From Chrysomallon squamiferum (taxonomy: Eukaryota > Animalia > Mollusca): DNA of 64,000 nt. Numbering within the stretch: position 1 is the first letter of the stretch; each line of letters begins with the position of its first letter. Of the stretch, positions 25,080 to 39,287 are shown in pieces. Where the stretch lies: the NCBI GenBank assembly GCA_012295275.1, contig CM022672.1, forward strand, positions 11,904,001 through 11,968,000. The letters run 5' to 3'. Made by a program: the position numbers and the translations under genes. Below the pieces are notes generated by a model. It saw only the letters and a program-made list of their open reading frames with translations. It was not told where the DNA came from and did no database searches.

Positions 25080-27520
25080 ACCAGTCTTCTTTTATCATTT
25101 CTTCCTTCACCGATGCCATTGTGTGCCAAATTCCTCACAAGATATCCTCCGGCATTATTCCTGTCCACAAAGTATTTCCACAATACAAGGGGTTAGCCCA
25201 AGCTGACACTGACTTGTCAAGCTGTTTCACTACTGCTGTTGTAATATAATAAGTGGAACTTGTTATAGGTAATGGCTGCTGGACTGACAGAATCTGGGCA
25301 CTGGGCTGTGGATATCAATTCCAATAAACTCAGTTATTCCAGTCCTTTTCTTGCCACACTGATCTTTCCTCTTTTGTGGCTGAAGGTAAACTTGTAATGA
25401 TGGTGGCTGAGAGAGATAACAAAAGCACACAGCAGTGTGCAGTGATTGATGTGCTGTTTAAGTTATTAGTGAAATCACATTTAGAGGTGATTTGATGCTA
25501 GATTCTGATAGAATGTGGCTAGTTTCAAAACTAGTACTTTAATATATTGACCAAAAAAAAAAAAAAAATTAGAAGTTAAACCATGTTTAATATTTAAATA
25601 AAAAATGTAAGATAACATTGTGTTTATTTTTTAATTTTTTTTTTAATGTAAAATACTGATCTATTATGTTGTTGAAATATTTATTAATTTTGTATTTTTT
25701 TATTTATTATTATTTATTATGATATTGAGATTTAATACATTGTCTTGTTTTAAAAATCTCTATCTATTAATATTACTATGTAATTAAATATTTAGCTAAT
25801 TTCTGTTGCTGATATTGTTATTTTTAAAATTTATTCATTATTTTTATTTTGAGTTTTAATAACCCTGTGTTGATTTGTTGCTGTTGTTTTTAAAATAAAA
25901 CACTTTTCCATTAGAATTACTACATAATTTACTATTTAGCTAATTTATGTTTGCTGATATTGTTAAAGATTTCATTTATTTATTTTATATTTTATTTTTT
26001 GAAACTCAGATTCAAAATAACATATCAGTTAAGAAATTCAAATGTAAACACATCAAAGTGCTGTTTAATGATTTAATATAATAACATAAATAATTAAATA
26101 AGCAAAACCTTACAATTTCTTTTGTATCTTTATTTGATAAACTAATTGGGTTAAGTTAGCTTTGAATGTTTTCTTTTTGGGTGGACAAAAATCTGTGCTA
26201 GTAATGATATTGTTTGTGTTTTGGAATCTTTTTTCTTTTTTCTTTTTTTTAAGACATACATTTATTCTGTTTACCAGTATATTGCCAAATATATATATAT
26301 TTTTGTTTTCTTCTTATTGTTTTTGTTGTTTCTTTTGTTCTTTTCTTTGATGCTGTATTGTTTATTTGATTCTTAGTGGGCTTTTGTTGTTCTTCTTCTT
26401 ATTGTTGTCAGCTGTTTTGCATTCAGTTATTATTATTTTTTTAATTACAAAGAGGGATCTTTTCAAAAATATCAACATCTTTAAATGAAAGTAAAAAAAC
26501 AAAAAACATCGTCTGATGTGAAGAATGCAGTAAAAGCTCAGAGACATGACAAGTCATTTTGGTACAACAGCATTCTCTGACTGTCACAGCAAAGAATTCT
26601 TAGCATCACTTGGCAAAACAATATCCCTTAAGCAAAACTGAATGCATACACATAACATATACATATATAAAAAATAGCTTCTCCTGTCTTCATCAGCTAC
26701 ATAAATAAACCATGGTGTGTGCAATCTTTGTAATTTGCATTACTACAAGTTTGCTTCAGTCGTCTGTGTAAACAAGATGGCTGCAATTGTTTTCTTCTTC
26801 CTCCTCGTATCTCATCACTTGTCTGCTTATGTTACCATTTCACAAATACTGCTTACCCTAGGACAGTGCCAGCTTTATGGAGAATGAGCATTATTTCGAC
26901 ATCAATCACTTCTCCAGACCTAACCTGATTATCATGTGTGTCATTATTTCGTGAGAAGTCTGATTTCAGCGTGAACTGTGGTGTTACTTATGATATTCGA
27001 TTCTGTGAAAGTATACACCTAATTTATGTCCCTGACTTTGTACTGTGGACTCCTGTGCCATACATCATAGTCAAAACTGAAGAAGGAAGAATAGATACAG
27101 TGACACATTAATGTTTAGATCTGCTGTAACTAATTTCCATGTTTTTTAAAACATGATGCAACAACAATGACTATCTGGGTGAATGTTTTAAAACTTCTAT
27201 GAATAACTTCTTCCAAAATCTTTAAAAAAAAAAAAAAAAAAAGTATGTTTGTGATATAGTTTACAAGATTGTACAGCTGTTTACTACTGAACAATGCATT
27301 TTTATAGACAGGAAATTTCAGAGTTTTGATTAATAATTTATGTAAAACAGGATAATGACCATAACTAAAATGATTTATAAAAAACTTCCTGCTAAAAAAA
27401 CAAAAAAACAAAAAGGCTAGCATCAATGCTACACCTAAGTTTTCTGACATGACAGTTTCAAAAATTTTATATATTAGAAGTTACAAGAAGCTGATACCAA
27501 ATTTATGAAATTCAGAAAAG

Positions 27521-27577
27521 ATTTGATGATAATTTGATGATAATTCAATGATTTGATGATTTGATGATAATTTGAAT
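27521..27577. repeat. Short tandem repeat (ATTTGATGATA)n
   Basis: About 5 imperfect 7-11 bp units. Confidence 0.8.
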
Positions 27578-28574
27578 GTCTAACCACATTCCCAGCTGGA
27601 AACAATATTTCATCATTTTAAATCAAACAATGGCAAAGGTTAGAGGTGCTTGACATTTGTTTCAAAACTTTAACAATTTCAACAGCAGAAATTAGCTGGA
27701 TATTAAACAAATTATGTAGTATTAGACTGGTATTTTATGTTTTTGAAATAATTTGACACATGGTGAAAAATACAGATTGAAAAAAAAAAATCTTATTTAA
27801 CTAAATTAAATACAAAATACTGACATAATATTAAATAATCAAACAAGTCAGATTTGTTTTTACATATTTCTACAATTTAAAAAGAAAGAAACAAAAAATG
27901 TTTAAGAACAAAAATAATATTGATTTCTTTTTCTCTACTTACAGGACTTAGACTGGTATTACAAGATGCTTGAATATTATTGCTGAATTATTATCCAAGT
28001 TGATTGTTCATCTGTTAATGTATGAATATGAACATAACACACACACACACACACACACACAATGTCTGTGTGTGTACCTGTATGTATGTGTGTATATGAT
28101 ATAACAATCTAGTTTGTATGAATATGGATGTGTATATGATATCACTTTGCTGAATCAATGTATATCATGTGTGAATGTGTATATTTGTATGTGATATATA
28201 TATATATATATATATATATAACACCTCTGTATGTGAATATGTATTTACATACATACTGACTGTGTATATAAGTCTGTCTATGTACTTGGCAATTACTACT
28301 TGTGACTAATTAAACCCACTGATTTAGTGGACAGGTGAAATATGTTATCTTCCATACACAAAGCATATCTGATAGACACAACATGATTAAAGCACTGCAA
28401 TGACGACAAAAAACAGACGGAAAGTTGCCTGATTCAAACTAATAAATACATGATCAAAGAAGGATTTTTTTCTTTTTTATAAGATCATTACTATTAACGA
28501 GTTTTATCTTTCTCTCAAAACAATGACAAACAATACAGGTTTGACAGATTTCATGTATCTGTTTATGTTTTATG

Positions 28575-28672
28575 CGTGTATATGAATATGTATTTATGTA
28601 TGTTTGTGTGTATGTTCGTGTATGTGTGTGTGTGTATGTGTGTATGTTTTTGTGAATGTATATATATGTGTA

Positions 28673-28711
<39 letters not shown>

Positions 28712-28730
28712 ATACATATGTATATGTGAA
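28575..28730. repeat. Imperfect (TG)n/(TATG)n microsatellite
   Basis: Direct reading. Confidence 0.88.
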
Positions 28731-28927
28731 TGATATTAACATCTTCAATACTGAAGTGGACATGTGCATCTAGTAGCAAAATTTTGAACTACAGTAAAAG
28801 CATTGAAATAAACTTAAAAATGTGAAATTATCAACTGGAGAGTCTATAATAATTATATTATTGCAGCTATTAATAGTGTGACTTTAAGCACAATCAAAGT
28901 CAAAATTAATATTGATACTAAACTCCA

Positions 28928-29118
28928 CAGTCACTAAAAAAAAGTCAAAATCAAGACTGATACAGCAGTCACTGTAAGTACACAGGAGGTTAATACTGTT
29001 ACTAACCTCTGCAGTCACTAAAAAAGTCAAAATCAAGACTGATACAGCAGTCACTGTAAGTACACAGGAGGTTAATACTGTTACTAACCTCTGCAGTCAC
29101 TAAAGAAAGTCAAAATCA
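28928..29118. repeat. Tandem repeat, 82-84 bp x2.3
   Basis: CAGTCACTAAA...GTCAAAATC at 28928, 29012 and 29094. Each full unit carries the inverted repeat GAGGTTA..TAACCTC. Confidence 0.92.
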
Positions 29119-29224
29119 TGATGGCAGGTGCAATTACTACAAGCACTCAAAAGGTCAATGGTTATCATGTATTATATATGTTATATAATAACAGTAATAT
29201 GAGAATGACAGTCCACTGCAATCA

Positions 29225-29462
29225 CTCCACGGGTTACACTTATCTATCATAGGCAGAAAACATGTTACACACATAAATAGAAAAGAAACTCATCATTCAT
29301 ACATAAAAGACTACATTAAGGTTTTTTTATAACCACCTTTTCATACACACGAAAATATGGGTACAATAGCAACAAAATAGTGGCTGGATGAGAAAATAGG
29401 ATGGGAATTGATCCTAGTTGCTGTTACACCACAGTCAAGTCTTAACCACAGAGCTGTAGACT
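29225..29462 (-). mobile_element. Decayed SINE (Nin-like) including the tRNA-like head
   Basis: TGGCTGGATGAGAAAATAG...GGGAATTGATCCTAG...TTAACCACAGAGCTGT is the reverse complement of a head with an A-box-like AGCTCTGTGG, a B-box-like GGATCAATTCCC and the TCCAGCCA motif. Confidence 0.6.
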
Positions 29463-30118
29463 GTTTTATCCGGTATGCAGTAAGACATTAGATTTGATGA
29501 CAAAACAGAAACTGACATTCTCATTCTGGTTTCCTTAAAAAAATACCCACAGAATTTTCAATCTTCTACGTATTTCATTCTTTTTTTCTCTTTTTTGTTT
29601 TTTTTCCTCTCATCTCTTCTTCCTTATTTTTCATGAATTTTAAATAGTTTTGCTTCTATCTCTTCTTCATCATCTTCTTAAAAAAAAATTAAAAATTTAT
29701 TTCAACCAGTAAACAAATTCTGCCTGGAGGAAAGAAATCCAGATTGATGTAAGCTTCAATCTATGCTTAGTAATTTTTGAGAGAGAAAAAAGTTTTAATG
29801 TAAATTTGATTGTGATGTGTGATGAAGCAGTAGAAACTTCTGCAGTGTGTGGAGGCATTATTAATGACAATAGACATCTGAACAGATGGAATTATTTCTT
29901 GTGGTATTATTATTTTTTTTTTTTTAAATATTTCCTCAGATTTTTGTATTTCAAATATTGTAAAATTGTGCCAGTTATAATTTTTCTAAAAAAAAAAAAA
30001 AAAAAAAAACAGAAGAAGAAAAAAATATATTTTCAAATCTTGGGATCACCCACAATAATATCATTGAGAATGTTGCTTCATGAGAAAATATTAAATGAAT
30101 GTGATAAAAAAGAAAAGA

Positions 30119-30484
30119 AATAAAGAAATGTTTTATTTAATGAGGTCTTCAACACATTTTTGATCAAGTTATACGATTAATGATATAAACATTTTATTTA
30201 ACATAGCATTTTTGATCTACCATTAATACAGCATGATGCATGCCAAGAAAGAATCAAAGAAGAAACCCACAGCTGTCTACAAAGGGCTGTTTGTTATCAG
30301 TAAGCAGCAAAAGAATGTGTATATATATACATTCTCATAAACCTGATTAAAAAAGCAACAAGCAATGGTATATGATAAAAACATTTGTGAATGAAAGGTC
30401 ACAGAATGGGAAATAAATGTGTTGGAGCATCAAGAAGAATCAATCTGGCAACTAGCAATGTTTCAAGCCAATATCCTACAAACC
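30119..30484 (-). mobile_element. Near full-length decayed SINE (Nin-like)
   Basis: Tail AAAGAAATGTTTTATTTAATGAGGTCTTCAACACATTTT, then GAAACCC, TAAGCAGCAAAAGAAT, GAATGGGAAATA and GAATCAATC in the expected reverse order. Confidence 0.6.
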
Positions 30485-32854
30485 TGATTGTAACTAACTT
30501 AAAGGTATGAAATAAATCATATTAAATTCACTGAGAAAAAATTTCATTTGTCACAGGTTATTGTTAAAACAGGTACACGTTTTCTTCCTACTATCATTAC
30601 AGTCTGTCCTTGTGAAATTTAAGTATGATTCAGGAGGTAGATGTGTATTTAAAAACAGAGTAAATGTTTTTATTTTTAGGATATGTATGTATGTATGATA
30701 TTAAAACATATTTTTGATTTCCATTTATACAATTTGACTGTATTCACAGGATATGTATCATAAAAGTATATAAGTAAGCATGAATAAGCATAAAAAAGCA
30801 TAAATAAATAAATACATATACATACTTATACTACAAACAAACCTAGCAGATTGATTTTCTATAATAAATAAGCATATTTAATACCAGTCCAATGTGTCTG
30901 TGTGTGTGTGTGTGTGTGTTTGTGTGCATGCTTATGTGCATGCACACATGTAGGCAAGGATATTTAAGAATGCACCCAAGCAAATAAAGTTTTTTTTTAA
31001 TTATTATTATCTGTTCTTACTTTAAATTAAACATGTTTAACGAAAATGTAAGCATGTACATCTAAGCACACATAAGACTGTATTATTATGTGTGCATACA
31101 AATTTGTGTTCGCTCTCACCTGCAGTTATGTCGTGTATTACATGATACCCTGACATTTTCACAGAGAGATCAGAGCGGATCAAACAGAAATTGTTTATTG
31201 ATTGTATGTGTATTATTATCCTCAGATCTCCTGTTTTCTTCGCTTGCTTATTAATAAGGCCTTTCAACTTGCAGCAGGCATGCTGAGCAGAAAAAGCAGA
31301 TTAATTATAGATTAGAAATAAAATACATTTTTTATTTATTTAATTTCATTTTTGTAGGTCAGTTTTCAGAGTACGTGAACATTTTTAAACAGTTTTTTGA
31401 TGTGATCACATACATACAAGATTAAGAATAAATTTGTTTCCATTTTTAAATTTTGTTATTATTATTATTATTATTATTAATATCACTATCATCATCATTG
31501 TCATCATCATCATCATCATTGTCATTGTCATTATCATCATCATCATCATCACTATTTTAAATTCAATATAGTTTCCCACCATTTTAAAAAATGTTCTTCA
31601 TCCTCTTTTCTTTTAACCAAACTTGTCAAGGAAACGATACTTCAACTTTGCTGTGATGGTGACAGAAATTGCAGTATCCATGACAAGATTTTAAATTTTT
31701 AATTTTTCTTCTTCTTTTTTTTAAAGTGACAAGTTGAGAAAAGAAGAAGAAAAAATACAACAACAGTTCACTGTAGTTGCAGATTTTCAGTACACGATTT
31801 CCGAAAATGTAAAAATCTCAAGTGGCTGTTGAAGAAACAATAAGAAAGTTATTGAAATAATTGTGATTACATGAATAATTCACATCCACTTGTCACCATG
31901 TCTCATTATTGTTCAAGTGAAAAACTGTTATTGTTGAGCGTTTTTTTTTTTTTTTAAACGAAGCTGTGGAAATTTCATTTCATCACAAAACAAATTATGT
32001 TTTAAATTAATGTTTTGTTTTTTTATATTACCTGTCAAACAAACAGCATTTCAGAAATAATGTTTTGGTCCAAAAAAAATCTGAAATTTTAAGCAGATGG
32101 AAATATTTGAGATTTAAAAAAAAAATTGTGATTGTGTTTTTATGTTTTTGTGCATTTGTGCATGTGCATGTGAAAAATTTATTAATTTCAGTTTTTGACA
32201 CAAGACATTCCTGTCAATAAATTAAAAATAACATGTAGTATTGAATATACATGTATATCAAAACTCACAAATGAAGAAGCCAGCAACAACAACAACAACA
32301 ACATCACTATAGCACTTTGTATTTCGAATATGTATTAAATTCAAATCCCATAAATTAATAAAATAAAATAAAAGTGATGAACAACTACATTTCTAAACAC
32401 TGTTAACATTTAGCATCCAATATAATTATATCTGCATCGAAATTCAGACCAAGAATCCAACAAAAATAACAACAACACTACTATAGTACTTTACATTTCA
32501 AACATGTATTAAAAATCATAAATTAATGAAGTAAACTAACACAGAAGACAGTATTAACTAATAACAAGCAGCAAACATCAGAAGTGCTTCCAAAGCCACT
32601 GAGCAATTCTTCCTTTGTTTATGTCCCCTGTTGAGGAGGAGCCAGTCATCAAGTGATGCTAAAGCAGTGGGCCTGGCAGATGTGTGACTGATCAGTCCAG
32701 ATAAACTGTCTGATAGGACTTGCAGATAGAGGCCGGAATTAATGTCAAATATTCTCAGGTCATTATTACAAGCAGCCCGTTTGCTGTACAAGAACAGATT
32801 AATAGAGTGATATGTCTACTCCGTGACGAAAAGAAATAAAACTTAATGTATAGA

Positions 32855-32980
32855 CAGTCAGAGAGAGACAGAGATTGAGACTGAGAGGAAGACAGTGACA
32901 GAGACAGAGAGACAGACAGCCAGACAGAGGCAGAGAGACAGACAGCCAGACAGAAGGACATGGATAGATAGATAGACAGA
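32855..32980. repeat. Degenerate (GACA/GA/GATA)n
   Basis: Direct reading. Confidence 0.8.
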
Positions 32981-33799
32981 CCTCTGATGCCAGTAAATAA
33001 CAACCTAGTAAAAGCATGGATTGTGGTCTAGATAATAGTTTATTGTGAAGCTATCAACTACCACTGGAGGGTTATGTATATTTCTTACTGTGAAACTGTG
33101 GATTATTGCTAGATATTGTTTTCACTGTAAATTATTGGTATGCTGCTTTTTTTTCTTCAACTTTTATTATTGTGAAAATGTTGTTTTTTGTTAATTGTGA
33201 TAGTTTAGCAGAGTAACAAAAGCAAAAATGTTAAAAGCATTAGTTTAGATTGTAGTAATACTAGTTGGTATCAATAGCAGAGAGAGTTTCTAAATATCAA
33301 ATATTAAGTATAAAAGAATAAAATAAAATAAAATAAAATAAAAAAAAAAAAATAAAAACTACCTTAAAACAAATATTTATTTATTCAAACCATTGCTTCT
33401 ATGGGTAAAATAATTAAAAAAAAAAAAAAAAATAGTATGTTGTTTAAAAGCTACCTTTTTGCATGACATTACTTACCAAAAGGTTTCATACAGGTCACTA
33501 TGGACTAAATACAATGTGGCTAATAAAAATAGTATTTCAGATCTTTGTGACATTACAGGTAATATATCACAATAGTGAATAAATGTCTGGGATTATCTGG
33601 CTATGTTGCATTAGTGTCAGAATCACAAACTGACAACCATTACCAGCTCTTGTCTCAAATTAGTGCCAGGCACAATTTATGTTATGATCACCTTGGTAAC
33701 AAGTATTTAATAGCTGTGTGCTAAGTTTGGGAAACTGGTAACAATTAGCAGTATTGCTGCCAGTATATATCAATTACTTAGAACCTAAATATTGCACGC

Positions 33800-34015
33800 T
33801 AGCAGTAGTAGTATAGCAGAGTAATAGTGATTTTGTAGCAGTGATAGCAATAGTAAATAATAATAGTACTGTATAGTAGTAGTAATAATATATAACAGTA
33901 ATAGTGGCAGTTATAGTGGTAGTATTAGTAATATTAATAGTAGTAGTATATAGTAGTAGTAGTAATAGCAGTAGTAGTAATAACAATAGTAGTATATAGT
34001 AGTATACAGAAGTAG
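33800..34015. repeat. Degenerate (TAG/TAA)n low-complexity tract
   Basis: Direct reading. Confidence 0.8.
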
Positions 34016-35753
34016 TAGGAAGAATAAAAACAGAAGAAGAAGAAGGAGAGGCATCACATATTTAAAGACTAAACCAAGAAAATTTCAGGGGATGAAGCAT
34101 ACTGGCTTCTAATTGCTCCATTTTACAATAATATGTTTTGTGTACAACTACTTGATATATTTTATACATCATGGTTACCTATTTTAGATTGAATTAATTT
34201 AAAGATTTATTTATTTACCTGCCCCATTATAAACATTAGATCGATAGGCAATTAAAACAAGCAATAAAAACTGCCATGATTTATTTCAGAACATTAAGGT
34301 ACTTAACCAGGTTCTGTAAATCTTCTTTTGTTTCAATCTCAAATACTTATATATAAATAGATAACCCAATACAAAATTATTCAACTTGTATTTCACTTCG
34401 GTCACTCTTCTGTGCAAACATGTGTAAGTATAAAATTCAGAAAAGCAAACTGAATTACGCGAAGTTGAAAATAAATTATTTTAATTGAATTTCCACTCTT
34501 GTCATTACAATTTAGATGACATTAAAAAAATTGATTTGGTTGTGTTAACCTGATTGTTCAGTTCTGCATGAAGATGAAGGTAAACACATCCACACAGTGT
34601 GTCTGTGAGTTTAAATCAGTATCCCACACTGGACCGAGATATATTGATGATACCAACCAGCAAAAACTACCATGAAAACATGAGAACCATTTTAAAAAGA
34701 TATCTCATGCTATGAATATTCAGAGAAGATTAAACATTTGATTATGATGTTATTATTTTATTACTATCAGTTGAAATTACACATAGAACAGTCTCTTTCT
34801 CACTCTAATGTAGCTGATGTCATCCAATTACAAAGAGTTTCATTTGTTTTTCCTTTCTTTCTCTTTCCAAATCAAATGCAATGTACTGTTTTTGATTTTT
34901 CTTCATCCAGATATATAAACTTTCTGTTTCATTATTCTCACTCTCTCTCGCTCTTTATTTGTCAATTTGTGTAATTTTTATCCATCAGAAATGTTCATTA
35001 AACACAATAATGATAAAAAAAATAAAAAAATAAAAAAAAAATATAAAATTTATAAAAATATAATATCAATATGCAATCAGAAAAACTGTTAAAATACATA
35101 CAAAATCATTTCTGACAAAATTTTATCAAAACCCATTAAAACATGTTGTAACATTTTATTTAGCACAAAATCACAATTTTTTAAATAACCCTTCCCCAAC
35201 AGCTAAAATAAAATAAATACCACAATAACAATACTTATGTATTTAACACAGCACATAACTTGTCATTTCTTTTCAAATTAAAATTCTCCAAAGGTGTTTT
35301 ACAGGGCTCCGTTTGATGTAAAGATTCACATGGAGTCTGATCTAGATAAACTCAGGTTAACAATGAGATAAGACAGGATCGCATTTCCTGCCCACACTCT
35401 CCACAGACAGCTGACAATTGAACAAAGAAAAATAATGGGGTTTTTTTCAGAGAAAAAGAAGGAATCGTACTGTTAAATTAAATTACTGGACAGATAGCAC
35501 CGCATACAGAGGTGTACCAGGCTCGCAGAAATGGATGAAACACACTTGGCTTTGAGAAAAATCAGTGTCTTTTGCTTCAGCACTGCTGGTGTGAAACCTA
35601 ATTCTAAAATTATTGATTGTCTGTCTATATTTGGTTTGATCTGATTTTTTTCTTTTTTTTTACTTCTTCGTGTTGGTAAAGCTGGTAAAATCATGAGTAA
35701 GTGAAAGTGCTAAGACATGATTAGGAGGTGATAATGGGGTGAAATCCTGGTGT

Positions 35754-35756
<3 letters not shown>

Positions 35757-35800
<44 letters not shown>

Positions 35801-36100
35801 ACACATGCATGTGTGTGAGATAATGTGTCTGTGCATTTGTGTATCTGAATATGATTAGTTATTTGTGTGCATGTGTATATTTTTATATCTGAATGTGTAT
35901 ATTTGGATACCTGTGTATATATATATATTTGGTATTTATGTATTTGGGTACCTGAAGCTGTGTTTGTGTTTCTGTGTGTATTTGCATACTTGAATGTGTT
36001 TATATATTTGTATATCTGAATGTGAGTATGTATTTGTGTATCTGAATCCATGTGTATTAATGTATCCAAAGACTTGAGAACTGCTGAATCCAAATACATG
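35757..36100. repeat. (TG)n followed by a degenerate TGTGTATCTGAA-type repeat
   Basis: Pure TG at 35757-35798; recurring TATCTGAAT units out to ~36100. Confidence 0.8.
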
Positions 36101-37194
36101 TATCTATCTGTGGTTCTCAAAACATCGGTGTGTGTATTTAAGTCAGTATGCATGTTTCTGCGAAACTGTTACAAAAGACCTATATTCAATAAAACCTTCT
36201 GACAGACAAATTCTCCTCCGTTATTCTCAAAGGCGATGACATTTTGTTTCAGCCAGGTTTTGAATATAACAAAAAATATGTCAGCACATTGAAATGAAGC
36301 AACAAAGAAAATCTCTTCAAAAAGCATCTCTGATGACATTTTGCCAATAAGCCTCGCAGACTGTCGTAAATCAATATTTGTATTGAGGCCAGGAGAGGAC
36401 AAGGTATGTAGTGTACAGGAAGTATTTGCTGCTGGAGACTTCTCACTCATTCTGGTATCTCATCACTGTATTGTTACTATGACTTCATTCCTTCACATTC
36501 GAACAAAGCTCTCGGCAAATGAGAGACCTGGTATATTAAATAAAGGTGAACAGATTTTTTTTTTTAATTTCAATTTTGAAAATATTTTTTTCTGTTTTTT
36601 TTTTTTTATATCATAATAATTATACATTTTTGTTATTCTTATTATTACTGGAGGTTTATTTTATTTAATTTGTTTATTTATTTAACTTTAGATGCAAAAA
36701 TGAATACACATTACAATGGCTTTACTATTTTAAATTTTTTATTTATTGTTTTTTTGCTTTACTGTAAAAGATTTAAATTTTTCAAAATTTTATTTTGGTA
36801 TCAAATGACTGAACATTAAAACTTTTCTTCTTTTTTTTTGAGGTTTTCTCTATATGTAAATATCACCTTTAGTTTTAAATATTATATGACATGAAAATAA
36901 AAACACTTCATTTTTACTTTTGTTTTATTTCCATTTCTATTTTTATAACAGTGCACATGATTTATGAAGATTATTCAAGACTGAAACATCAAATAACAGT
37001 AAACATTAAAGATATTAAAATACTTGTGTGAAGATTTATCAACAAATCCATAATGGCTTATGAAACATTTTAAAACCTATGATTGTCAAAAAACATTTAT
37101 TCTAATAATAAAACTCAGCAGTAATGAAGCTGGTTTTTAGCAAGCTGGATAAATGGTTTGGTATCTGATATTCAATTTGTGCAGTTTAAATGAG

Positions 37195-37790
37195 ATTTCT
37201 TTCAGAAACTCTGGAACAGAAAGAATGACAGCAAAGCTGGGTTTTGCTTCCAGGAAAAGTTATTTATTTATTTATTATTTCTGTAACATTTGTTTTGAAA
37301 ATACTGGGAAAGAAAGAGTGATATCAATATAGGAAGTATTTATTTATTCAATTTATTTATTTAGTACATTTCTGAAGCCTTATTAAGATTTATTTTGGAA
37401 ATGCTGGAATAGAAAATAACATTGTCTGCAAAAAATATTTATTCCCTCATCATCATCATCATCATCATCATCAACGTCATCACCATCATTATTATTATTA
37501 TTATTATATCTGCAGTTTAAATAATATTTGTTTCAGAAATACTGGGATAAAAATAGTAACATTAAAACATGTTTCATTTGCAAGAAATATATATATATTT
37601 TTTTTATTTTTTTTATTTATTATTTCTGTAATTTAACCAATATTTTTTTTTAAATTTCAGGAATAATGGGATAGAAACAGTGACATTTTGTTTGCAAGAA
37701 ATATTTATTTACTTATTTATTATATTTCTGCAGTTCAAATTAGATTTGTTTCAAGAATACGTTGATAGAAATAATGAAACTAAAACACAA
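37195..37790. repeat. Old degenerate tandem array, ~6 units of ~95-140 bp
   Basis: TTCAGAAATACTGGGATAGAAA-like anchor at ~37201, 37295, 37395, 37532, 37656 and 37750. Units are expanded by microsatellites. Confidence 0.65.
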
Positions 37791-38235
37791 TTGTGTCTGA
37801 AAAAGCCTTGTGCAGTATCTTTTAATCAAATCTCTCCACAACACTTGTACAATCTTACAATCAGACATTTCACCAAAACCCATACATCAGTTTTAAGTTT
37901 TCAACTTTCTGTGGTTTCAGCTGAGATATTTTTTTTTTTTTTTTTTTTTATTTTTTTTTTTGTTCTCTTTTAAAACCAGACTGTTTATATTTTCAAGTTA
38001 GTGCCTGCAACATGGGTGTGTGTGTGTTTTGTTCATTCTTGGTTTAATTGTGCAGAGAATAAATACATGCAGTGCACTTTGTCGTGTTTGTGTTGCAACG
38101 TTTCTAAGTGGATTGTTTTACTTTGAATATTTTCTTTCTGAGCTAAGATTTTAAACGGCTAAAACTATTTATTTATTTGCTTGTAAATATGATTTTATTT
38201 ATTTTAAATCCTAATGAAAATTTCAGAGTCAGTTT

Positions 38236-38237
<2 letters not shown>

Positions 38238-38280
<43 letters not shown>

Positions 38281-38450
38281 CACTCACAGACACCCACACA
38301 GATACACACAAAAACACACACATACACCCACCCACACACACAGACCCCCCACACACAACCACAGAAACACACACACACACACACAGATACACACAAACAC
38401 ACTCACAGAAACACACACATACACACAGAGATATATATACACGCACATAT
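38238..38450. repeat. Imperfect (CA)n microsatellite
   Basis: Direct reading. Confidence 0.9.
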
Positions 38451-38499
38451 ATAAAAAGAATGAAGGAAGGAAATGGAGAAAAAAGTGAGAAGCAATATC

Positions 38500-38552
38500 A
38501 TGGGATCAGTTCTTCTGAGAAACTATCCTGGGCTATTTTCCAAAACCAGCTA
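38500..38552 (+). mobile_element. Short SINE fragment (B-box region)
   Basis: GGGATCAGTTC...CTGGGCTATTTTCCAAAACCAGC resembles the 24.4 kb and 10.1 kb copies. Confidence 0.4.
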
Positions 38553-39253
38553 CTTTTGATCTATCAACACATGAACTTCCTTGCCTAGATAAACAGTAAC
38601 TTACCATTCCAACTATCACAGTTTATCAAACACATGTACTTTCTTGTTACCTAAGGGATGGTACATATGAAAACTTTCGTACAACTAATTAACTAAAGTA
38701 ACATATTCTTGATAATACATATTTTGGACTTTCACACATTTGAAAACATTTTTTTATTCTCATTTTTCAAAAACAAACAATAGGAGGAAGAAAAAAAAAT
38801 GTGTCCGTAACCATATCTTTAAAATGAATACTACTTTCCATTCATTACCAATGATTATGAGAAGTGTGTTTTCTCTCTTGGTTATTTTCTCAAAAAACAT
38901 TTTTTTTTTTTCTTTTCTCTCTTGTTTCACATAACTTAACATTAAGTCATTTGATACAAGTGCATGTTCAATTTAAGTTTGTCTGGTTTTTTCCTTCTTC
39001 CTTTTTTTTTAGTTGTTGTTGCTTTTGTTTTGTTTTCTCAACTCACATATCTGAAACAGCCTTGGGTCAAACATAAACATCAAAGTGTACTTGGTTATTG
39101 CCTAAGCAATGTCAAGATGCCGAATTCTTTTGCATAATAGAACCAAGTCATCTGTTTGTATTTATGTCATATTTGCACGGCATTTGTAAGCAGTCAGTCA
39201 AACACATGCATGGCACTGTACGCATAATTCTCAAAAAATGTGTAAGCCAAATT

Positions 39254-39287
<34 letters not shown>

